From Spirochaetia bacterium (GTDB taxonomy: Bacteria > Spirochaetota > Spirochaetia > SZUA-6 > Bin103): DNA of 64,000 bases. The position numbers were made by a program, and so were the translations under genes. Shown in pieces: positions 57,135 through 64,000 of the stretch (within the stretch, counting starts at the first letter, position 1; every line of letters starts with the position of its first letter). The stretch covers positions 2,080,001 to 2,144,000 of the forward strand of contig CBDAOI010000004.1 of NCBI GenBank assembly GCA_965198005.1, in the 5' to 3' direction. The notes beneath the pieces were generated by a model. That model saw nothing but the letters and a program-made list of their open reading frames with translations. It was not told the DNA's origin and made no database searches.

Positions 57135-57192
57135 ACCAACCACCAGACAGCCCGCGCACCGTCCCGGCGTGCGGGCTGTCTGGTGGGTCGGT
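57135..57192. terminator. Long GC-rich stem-loop (16-bp perfect arms) after the 85-aa gene
   Basis: CCACCAGACAGCCCGC (57140-55) pairs with GCGGGCTGTCTGGTGG (57171-86), with further imperfect pairing. No U-tract. Confidence 0.6.
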
Positions 57193-57214
57193 GTAGTCTG
57201 CCTGCTGGGCACGG

Positions 57215-57910
57215 ATGATTTCGATCAGCAATGTCACCAAGGTGTATCGTAGCGGCACCACCGAGGTCGCCGCTTTGCGCGGCGTCAGCCTGGAGGTGGA
57301 GCGCGGCGAATTCCTCGCTATCGCCGGACCGTCCGGTTCCGGCAAGTCCACGCTGCTCAACCTGATCGGCTGTCTGGACGTCGCTACCGGCGGCGACGTG
57401 CTGATTGACGGCCAGGCGGTAGCGGGCCTGAGCCGCAAGCAGCTCGCGCTGTTCCGGCGCCACCATCTCGGATTCGTGTTCCAGTCGTTCAACCTGATCC
57501 CCGTCCTCACCGCCTACGAAAACGTCTCCTTCGCGCTCGCGCTGACCACCCGAGACGCCAAGGAGGTGCGCTCGCGCAGCCTGCAAATGCTCAAGCAGGT
57601 CGGCTTGCAGGACATGACCGACCGCCGGCCCGGTGAGCTCTCCGGCGGCCAGCAGCAACGGGTGGCGATCGCGCGGGCGCTGGTCAAGGAGCCGCAGATC
57701 GTGCTCGCGGACGAGCCCACCGCCAACGTCGATTCCGAGACCGGCGAGGGGCTGCTGGAACTGATGCGCCGGCTCAACCGGCAGCGCGGCTCCACCTTCA
57801 TCTTCTCCACCCACGATGCCATGGTGATGGACTATGCCGACCGCTTGGTGCGGTTGCAGGACGGCCGCGTCTCCGGCGACGAGCGCCGCACGGCCGCGGC
57901 CGGGAGCTGA
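57215..57910 (+). CDS. ABC transporter ATP-binding protein (LolD/MacB type)
   Basis: GPSGSGKST, GFVFQSFNLIP, LSGGQQQRVAIARAL, LADEPT, STHD. Confidence 0.95.
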   Translation: MISISNVTKVYRSGTTEVAALRGVSLEVERGEFLAIAGPSGSGKSTLLNLIGCLDVATGGDVLIDGQAVAGLSRKQLALFRRHHLGFVFQSFNLIPVLTAYENVSFALALTTRDAKEVRSRSLQMLKQVGLQDMTDRRPGELSGGQQQRVAIARALVKEPQIVLADEPTANVDSETGEGLLELMRRLNRQRGSTFIFSTHDAMVMDYADRLVRLQDGRVSGDERRTAAAGS

Positions 57911-57915
57911 GCGCC

Positions 57916-59259
57916 GTGGCCTCGACCTCGTCCGCCGCCGTGACCGCGGTGCCGCACGGCCCACGCTCCGCCTCCGCCGGCGGCCATGACCTGAAGTTTC
58001 TGCTCCGGCTGGCCTGGAAAAACCTCAGCCGCCACCGCCGCCGCACCGTCATCACCGCCGGCGCCCTGGCGGTGAGCGTCGCCATGTTCATCTTCATGGA
58101 CTCGATGCTGCGCGGCATCGACACCGAATCGCAGCGCAACCTGGTGTGGTACGAGACCGGCACCGGCCGCATCGTCAGCTCGGATCAGTACCGCGACCTG
58201 CGGCGGCCCCGGCTGCGACACGAGATCGTCGACTACCGCCCGCTGAGCGCGTGGTTGAACGAGCGCGGCGTGGCCAACGCCCCGCGCATCACCTTCACCG
58301 GCGAGCTGTTCTTCGGCGAGGGCGCGCTGCCGGTGCGGCTGGTCGGTATCGATCCGGCCAGCGACCCGCAGGTGTTCCGGCTGCCCGAAGCCCTGCTGCC
58401 CGGCAGCGAGTTCCTTGCGGCCGGCGTCCCGGGACTGCTGCTGGGCGCCTGGATGGCCGAGGATCTGGGGATCGCCGCCGGCGACTTCGTGGAGGTGCGT
58501 ACCCGCACCCGCCACGGCGCGGTGCAGACGCTGGAGCTGGAAGTGGTGGGCATCCTGCTCAGCCCCAACCCGACCATCAACCGGGGTGTGGGGTTTCTGC
58601 CGCTCGACGTGGTCCAGTACGACCTCGACCTGGCGGGCGTTACCGAGGTGGTCCTCGGCGCGTTGCGCACGTCCATGGGACGCCGCATCGCGGTGCCGTC
58701 CGGCGCGGTCCTGAAGCGCGAGATCGAACGTCTGAACGCCGACCTGGCAGGTGCGATGCCCGGCGTCACCGCGGCCGGATGGCACCAACTGGCGCCCGAT
58801 TACCTGGCCATAGTCGAGTCCAAGCAGTCGAGCAACGGGCTGCTGCTGTTCCTGATCTTCCTGATCGCGGCGGTGGGCATCTCCAACACCATGCTGATCG
58901 CGGTGTATGAACGGTTCCGCGAGTTCGGGATGATGCGCGCCCTGGGCATGGACGACGCCGCGGTCCGCGCCACCATGGTGTTCGAGGCCGGTGCGATCGG
59001 CCTGATCGGAGCGCTGGCGGGACTGGTGGTGGGCGCCGCCGCCACCTGGTGGCTGGTCAACTGGGGCCTCGACCTGAGCGGGCTGTACGGCAACGTCAAC
59101 ATCGGCTACCGGGTGACCGGCATCTTCCGCGGCGCCTGGAACCCGGGCATCATGCTCACCGCAGTGATCTTCGGGGTGGTCGCGAGCATGCTGATCGCCC
59201 TGCTGCCGGCGCGCCGGGCGCTCAAGCTCGACGTGGCGCAGTGCCTGCGCTACGAGTAG
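57916..59259 (+). CDS. ABC permease, FtsX/LolC-E/MacB family (copy A)
   Basis: LAWKNLSRHRRRT, periplasmic domain, ISNTMLIAVYERFREFGMMRALG, PARRA. Start uncertain. Confidence 0.9.
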   Translation: MASTSSAAVTAVPHGPRSASAGGHDLKFLLRLAWKNLSRHRRRTVITAGALAVSVAMFIFMDSMLRGIDTESQRNLVWYETGTGRIVSSDQYRDLRRPRLRHEIVDYRPLSAWLNERGVANAPRITFTGELFFGEGALPVRLVGIDPASDPQVFRLPEALLPGSEFLAAGVPGLLLGAWMAEDLGIAAGDFVEVRTRTRHGAVQTLELEVVGILLSPNPTINRGVGFLPLDVVQYDLDLAGVTEVVLGALRTSMGRRIAVPSGAVLKREIERLNADLAGAMPGVTAAGWHQLAPDYLAIVESKQSSNGLLLFLIFLIAAVGISNTMLIAVYERFREFGMMRALGMDDAAVRATMVFEAGAIGLIGALAGLVVGAAATWWLVNWGLDLSGLYGNVNIGYRVTGIFRGAWNPGIMLTAVIFGVVASMLIALLPARRALKLDVAQCLRYE

Positions 59260-59293
59260 CGGTGGCGCTACGAGTAGCGGTGGCGCTACGAGT
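59247..59293 (+). repeat. 18-bp tandem repeat GCGCTACGAGTAGCGGTG x2.6, each unit internally palindromic
   Basis: Copies at 59247, 59265 and 59283 (partial). CGCTAC-GA-GTAGCG inverted repeat within the unit. Spans the permease stop codon. Confidence 0.88.
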
Positions 59294-59308
59294 GACCGGG
59301 AGCGGGGC

Positions 59309-60607
59309 GTGAAGCTGTGGCGCATCGCCGTGCGCAACGTGGCGCGCAACAAGCGCCGCTCGCTGCTGTCCGGCTCCGCCATCACCGTGGCGACGCTGTC
59401 CGTGGTGCTGCTGTTCTCGGTGCTCGGCGGCATGCTCGGCGATCTGGTGGCCACCACGCTGACCTACGACAGCGGGCACGCCCGCGTGCGCCATGCCGAG
59501 TACGGCCGCTACGAGACCCTCAACCCGGTGCACCTGGCCGTGACCGACGCCGGCAGCGTGGTAGAACGGCTGCAGGAGCTGCCGGAAGTGACCGGCGTGC
59601 TGCCGCGGGTGCGCTTCGCCGGCGCCATCTATCGCGAAGACCGCAACCACGGCGCCTTCGGCCTGGGCCTCGACTTCGCCCGCGAGATCGAGGTGGCGCG
59701 CGACCGGCTGCCGCAGATGAGCGGCGCCGCCGCCGGCAGCGCCACCCTGGAGCAGTTCGCCCGCGCCTGGCAGCTCGAGGTGCACGGCGGCAGCCTGCCA
59801 CGCGCCGGCGAGCGCGAGCTGCTGATCAGTGCGGCGCTGGCCGAGGAGCTGGGACTGGCGGCGGGCGACAAGCTGACGATCCTCACCCGCACCGCGCTGC
59901 TGAGCACCCAGGCCTGGACCTTCACGGTGAGCGGCGTGGTCGGCTTTCCGATCGGCGGCATGCGCGGCCTGCTGCTGGCGCCGCTGGACACGGTGCAGCG
60001 CTTCCTCAAGTTGACCGCGGCCGACGCGGTCACCGAGATCCTGCTCTACACCGGCAGCGAGGAGGAGGTGCCGGCGCTCACCGAAGCGTTGGCATCCGCG
60101 CTGCCGGAGCGCGATCCGGGGCTTGCCGTGCAGGCGTGGACCGACACCAACCCGATGTTCTCGATGCTCCAGGTCGCCAGCCGGATCTACGACGTCATCG
60201 GGCTGTTCTTCTTCCTGCTGGCCACCACGGTGATCGTCAACACCACAATGATGGTAGTATTCGAACGCATGAAGGAGATCGGCACCATCGCCGCGCTGGG
60301 GATGACCGGCAACCAGATTACGCGCCTGTTCTTCCTGGAAGCACTGTTCATCGGCATGGGCGCGGCGCTGCTTGGGGTGGCGCTGGGCTGCGCCATCGTG
60401 CTGCCGCTGTCGCAGGTGGGGATCGACTACAGCGCCGCCATGGAAGGCGTGGAGCTCAACATGTCGGACGTGTTGTTCCCCCGGCTCAGCGTGCGCTCCA
60501 CCGTGCTGGTATTCCTGTACTCCATTGCGGTGACCGCGGCGGCTTCCTACTGGCCGGCGCGCAAGGCGGCCCGGCTGCAGCCGGTGGTGGCGTTGCGCGC
60601 CGCCTGA
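59309..60607 (+). CDS. ABC permease, FtsX/LolC-E/MacB family (copy B)
   Basis: IAVRNVARNKRRS, NTTMMVVFERMKEIGTIAALG, PARKAARLQPVVALR. Confidence 0.9.
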   Translation: MKLWRIAVRNVARNKRRSLLSGSAITVATLSVVLLFSVLGGMLGDLVATTLTYDSGHARVRHAEYGRYETLNPVHLAVTDAGSVVERLQELPEVTGVLPRVRFAGAIYREDRNHGAFGLGLDFAREIEVARDRLPQMSGAAAGSATLEQFARAWQLEVHGGSLPRAGERELLISAALAEELGLAAGDKLTILTRTALLSTQAWTFTVSGVVGFPIGGMRGLLLAPLDTVQRFLKLTAADAVTEILLYTGSEEEVPALTEALASALPERDPGLAVQAWTDTNPMFSMLQVASRIYDVIGLFFFLLATTVIVNTTMMVVFERMKEIGTIAALGMTGNQITRLFFLEALFIGMGAALLGVALGCAIVLPLSQVGIDYSAAMEGVELNMSDVLFPRLSVRSTVLVFLYSIAVTAAASYWPARKAARLQPVVALRAA

Positions 60608-60611
60608 GTCG

Positions 60612-61883
60612 ATGACCGCGACGCTGTTCCGGCTGGCCGTGCGCAATCTCGGCCGCCACCGCCGCCGCACGTTGATAACCGCCGCGGCGCTGGCGGCCGG
60701 GATCGCGCTGTTCATCTTCATGGATTCGATGCTGCGCGGGATGGACTCCGAGTCGCAGCGCAACCTGGTGTGGTACGAGACCGGCTCCGGCCGCATCGTC
60801 GGCCGCGCGCAGCACGCCGAGCTGGAGCGGCCGGCCCTGAAACACGAGATCGTCGAGTATCGGCCGCTGCTCGCCGCGCTGGCGGAGCGCGGAGTGGCCG
60901 CGGCCCCCCGCATCCGTTTCACCGGCGAGCTGTTCTTCGGCGAGGGCTCGCTGCCGGTGCGCCTGGTGGGCATCGACCCGGCGCTCGATCCCGAGGTGTT
61001 CCGGCTGCCCGGAAGCGTGCTGCCCGGAGGTGGGTACCTTGAGAGCGGCGTTCCGGGGCTGCTGCTCGGCGCCTGGATGGCCGAGGACCTGCAGATCGCC
61101 GTGGGCGACTTCGTCGAGGTGCGGACCCGTACCCGCCATGGCGCGGTGCAGACCCTGGAGCTGGAGCTGGTGGGCATCCTGCGCAGCCCGAACCCCACCA
61201 TCAACCGGGGAGTGGGCTTCCTGCCCCTCGACGTCGCCCAGCTCGACCTCGACCTGGAGGGGGTAACGGAAATCTCTCTCGGCGCGCTGCGCACCCGGCT
61301 CGGACGTCCCGTCCCGGTGCCGGTGGGGGCGACCCTGGAACGCGAGGTTCAGCGCCTGAACGAGGACCTGGCAACCGCCTTCCCGGGCGTGGTGGCGGTG
61401 GGCTGGACCGAGCTGGCGCGGGACTACCTGGCGGTGTTGGAGACGGACAGCGCGGGCACCAGCATCATGCTGCTCCTGGTGTTTCTGATCGCCGCGGTGG
61501 GCGTGTCCAACACCATGCTGATCGCGGTGTACGAACGGATCCGTGAGTTCGGGACGATGCGTGCGCTGGGCATGGACGACGGTGCGATTCGCGCCACGAT
61601 GGTGCTGGAGGCGGGAGCGATCGGTCTGCTGGGGTCGCTGGCGGGGGTGGCAGTGGGCGCCGTCGCAACCTGGTGGCTGGTGAACTGGGGCATCGACATG
61701 AGCGGAATGTACGGCGACGTAAGCGTCGGCTACCGGGTGACCGGGATCTTCCGCGGTGCCTGGAATCCGGGGACCATGGTGGCGGCGGTGATCTTCGGGA
61801 TTGCGGCCAGCATGGCGATCGCGCTGCTGCCGGCGCGCCGGGCGCTCAAGCTCGACGTCGCGCAGTGTCTGCGCCACGAGTAG
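60612..61883 (+). CDS. ABC permease, FtsX/LolC-E/MacB family (copy A', paralogue of 57916..59259)
   Basis: Shares long identical stretches with copy A (ESQRNLVWYETG; GDFVEVRTRTRHGAVQTLELE; LLPARRALKLDVAQCLR). Confidence 0.9.
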   Translation: MTATLFRLAVRNLGRHRRRTLITAAALAAGIALFIFMDSMLRGMDSESQRNLVWYETGSGRIVGRAQHAELERPALKHEIVEYRPLLAALAERGVAAAPRIRFTGELFFGEGSLPVRLVGIDPALDPEVFRLPGSVLPGGGYLESGVPGLLLGAWMAEDLQIAVGDFVEVRTRTRHGAVQTLELELVGILRSPNPTINRGVGFLPLDVAQLDLDLEGVTEISLGALRTRLGRPVPVPVGATLEREVQRLNEDLATAFPGVVAVGWTELARDYLAVLETDSAGTSIMLLLVFLIAAVGVSNTMLIAVYERIREFGTMRALGMDDGAIRATMVLEAGAIGLLGSLAGVAVGAVATWWLVNWGIDMSGMYGDVSVGYRVTGIFRGAWNPGTMVAAVIFGIAASMAIALLPARRALKLDVAQCLRHE

Positions 61884-61939
61884 CGGCCAGGTTGGACGGC
61901 CCGCGACCGGATCGAGTACCTTTCCGGAGGGGGTGGTTG

Positions 61940-62695
61940 ATGATGAAGACTCGGCGATGCGCGCGCGGCGGAATGCTGCTGTCGCTGGTGTTTCTGACCG
62001 GCGCCGTACCGCTCGGCGCTCTGACCGGAGCGGAGGTGATCCAGCAGATGGAGCGCAATGAGCGCCATTCCTCGGTGCACTCCACCGGCGCGCTGGAGAT
62101 CAGCGACCGGTTCGGAACCCGCACCAAGACCTTCATCTCGACCGCGGTGGGCGACGACCGCTCATTGCTGGAGTTCACCAACCCGGAGGAAGCGGGACAG
62201 AAGATCCTGCGCCTGGACGACGATCTCTATCTCTACTTTCCGGAGGCGGAAGAGGTGATCCATCTGCAGGGCGCGGCACTGCGCGAGAACGTCCTCGGGT
62301 CCGACTTCTCGTACGAGGACATGACCGGAGAGGGCAGCCTGCTGGAAGACTACCAGGTGGAACTGGAGGGCACCGAGCCGATCGACGGTCACGACTGTTA
62401 CCGGCTGCGGCTCACCGCCACCCGGCGCGACGTGGTGTATCCGATCCAGGTGGTGTGGATCGACGCCGAGCGGTTCGTCACGCGCCGCGTGGAGCAGTTT
62501 TCCCGGCGCGGCCGGCCGCTCAAGCAGATGACGATCTCCGACTACCGCGAAGTGGGCGACAAGCTGATTCCGGTGCGGCTGGAGATGTCGGATCTGATGA
62601 AGAAGGACTCGCGCACGATGTTCCTGATCGAGACCATCGAGGTGGACATCGCGATCGACGAGAGTCTGTTCTCGCTGGAGGAGCTGACCTTTTGA
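61940..62695 (+). CDS. LolA-like outer-membrane lipoprotein-sorting protein
   Basis: Signal peptide, LLEFTNPEEAGQKIL, LYLYFP, GSDFSYEDM, SLFSLEEL. SD GGAGG. Confidence 0.82.
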   Translation: MMKTRRCARGGMLLSLVFLTGAVPLGALTGAEVIQQMERNERHSSVHSTGALEISDRFGTRTKTFISTAVGDDRSLLEFTNPEEAGQKILRLDDDLYLYFPEAEEVIHLQGAALRENVLGSDFSYEDMTGEGSLLEDYQVELEGTEPIDGHDCYRLRLTATRRDVVYPIQVVWIDAERFVTRRVEQFSRRGRPLKQMTISDYREVGDKLIPVRLEMSDLMKKDSRTMFLIETIEVDIAIDESLFSLEELTF

Positions 62696-63837
62696 GCGCG
62701 CTGGCGGGCGGGCGGGCGGTGGCGGCGCTGCTGCTGGGCCTGCTGGCGGCGGCGTCCGCGAGCGCTGATCTGCGTACCGTCGTGACGGTGGAGGCGCGCC
62801 TGACCGGGCTGTCCGACCCGGGCGGCGTACCGCTGCTCGTCGGCGGCGGCAGCGCCCGCCTCGATCTGGCAGCGACCGGCAACCGCAACGTGCGCGGCCA
62901 GCTCAGCCTGAGCGCCGAGCTGCGGCGTACGGAGGACGCGGCCGGGGCGCCAGCCGCGGTCGAGGTGGAGCGCGCCTTTGTGCGCGCCCGGCTGCCCGGG
63001 TTCCGCCTCACCGCGGGCAAGACCCGTCTGGCCTGGGGCCGGGGCCGGTTGTTCAACGCCGGCGACATCCTGTTCGGGCAACGGCCGGCGTTCGCGGCCG
63101 GCGCCGGCGAGTTCCTCACGGCCGCCGACTGGCTGGTGGCCGCCTACGTGCCGTTGGGCCGGCTGTCGTTCCTGGAACTGGTCGCGTTGCCGCCGCTCGA
63201 CCCGTTCACCATCGACCGCACCGACGCCGGCGGCCGCCTCCTGCTACGGCTGGGAGAGCTGACCGTGGAGAGCGGCTACCTGTACGCAGCCGCGCGCGCG
63301 GCCGCGGCGCAGGCGCGGGAGCGGGAGCACCGCGGCTACCTCAGTCTGAAGGGAGCGGCCGCCGGCATCGACTGGCATCTGAGTGCCGGCACCGCGCTGC
63401 CCGCCACTCCCGGGGCCGATCTGCGCCGGGCGGCCGAGCAGCACCTGCTGCTCACCGGCGGCGGCCTCGGGTTCCTGGATCTCGGGCCGGAAGCCGGGGT
63501 CGTCATGCTGCTGCTCGAAGCGGGCGTACGGCCGTGGCGCGCGTGGCAGGACACCACTCCCCCGCCCTCCCCGACGCTCGACCACTACGGCGTGTACCTG
63601 TTTCCCGAAGTGGGCTACAGCCCCGCCGACGGCTTGAACCTGTCGCTGAGCGGCGTGCTGTCTCCGATCGACAGCTCGGGGGTCGCCGCCGCCGGCGCCT
63701 CCTGGAACATCCTGCAGGGACTGACCCTGGGGCTGTACACTTCGGTGACGTATGGCCACGCCGACGCCACCTTCGCCTGGGAGCGCCCGGGCGGACTGGC
63801 CGCTACCCTGCTCGCCCGCTACGTATTCGGCTCGTGA
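62692..63837 (+). CDS. Hypothetical exported protein, probable outer-membrane beta-barrel
   Basis: Signal peptide; ERAFV...LTAGKTRLAWGRG..FN..D porin-like segment; alternating beta strands ending ARYVF. TTGA overlap with the upstream gene. Confidence 0.65.
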   Translation: MSALAGGRAVAALLLGLLAAASASADLRTVVTVEARLTGLSDPGGVPLLVGGGSARLDLAATGNRNVRGQLSLSAELRRTEDAAGAPAAVEVERAFVRARLPGFRLTAGKTRLAWGRGRLFNAGDILFGQRPAFAAGAGEFLTAADWLVAAYVPLGRLSFLELVALPPLDPFTIDRTDAGGRLLLRLGELTVESGYLYAAARAAAAQAREREHRGYLSLKGAAAGIDWHLSAGTALPATPGADLRRAAEQHLLLTGGGLGFLDLGPEAGVVMLLLEAGVRPWRAWQDTTPPPSPTLDHYGVYLFPEVGYSPADGLNLSLSGVLSPIDSSGVAAAGASWNILQGLTLGLYTSVTYGHADATFAWERPGGLAATLLARYVFGS

Positions 63838-63873
63838 TGAGACCGCCGCACGTGATCTCGGGTATACTGCGGC

Positions 63874-64000
63874 ATGCTGCACGTAATCGTCACCATGCAC
63901 GTCAAGCCGGGCCGTCTCGAGGAATTCCTGGTGCTGGCGCGCGCACTCGGAAAGCTGGCCGAGGCCGAAGCAGGCTGCGTGCGTTACCAGTACACGGTTG
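63874..64000 (+). CDS. Antibiotic biosynthesis monooxygenase (ABM/YgiN-like) family protein, 3'-partial
   Basis: MLHVIVTMHVKPGRLEEFL...EAGCVRY. TATACT hexamer 5 nt upstream of the ATG. Confidence 0.7.
   Translation, partial: MLHVIVTMHVKPGRLEEFLVLARALGKLAEAEAGCVRYQYTV

Noticed and set aside
59247..59293. Palindromic repeat as a CRISPR array
   Set aside because: Units are 18 bp and directly adjacent, with no spacers, and there are no cas genes.
505..61294. Many long ORFs antisense or off-frame to real genes (e.g. 6188..9517 -, 20375..22573 -, 24966..27044 -, 59222..61294 -, 6970..9030 +)
   Set aside because: Shadow ORFs expected at high GC. They overlap motif-supported genes and show no recognisable domains.

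Overview
GC-rich chromosomal window, mostly housekeeping genes, most likely from a spirochaete (Spirochaetota). This assignment is inferred from gene order and lineage-type proteins: tmk / tamB-bamA-skp-mutS-comF-rimP-nusA-infB-rbfA-truB-rpsO-pnp-(TPR/propeller)-lptF-lptG-tgt-murJ, a ~900-aa GreA with a TPR neighbour, and recA-scpAB-rluB-cmk-rpsA. As I recall, these blocks match the Borrelia BB0793-BB0810 and BB0127-BB0133 regions. About 54 CDSs and one tRNA-Thr(CGT) are supported. I saw no CRISPR array, prophage, integrase or transposase. Main observations: (1) a 28-bp XerC/XerD dif-type site at 48738-48765; (2) an exbB-exbD-tonB motor translationally coupled to tamB-bamA-skp, led by a small secreted protein with a TonB-box-like motif instead of a receptor; (3) a TPR + 7-blade propeller protein directly upstream of lptFG; (4) a stand-alone 85-aa protein cassette with a strong promoter, operator-like palindrome and flanking hairpins; (5) a TerB-VOC fusion divergent from a TetR gene; (6) a LolCDE/MacB-type ABC operon with three permeases (A-B-A'), a LolA-like protein and a probable outer-membrane barrel; (7) a CTAG-bounded perfect inverted repeat upstream of recA, possibly an IS/MITE scar; (8) the rimP-leader attenuator; (9) several short tandem duplications at gene ends. 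All calls come from reading motifs by eye; no searches were run, and start codons re-picked from the ORF track are estimates.
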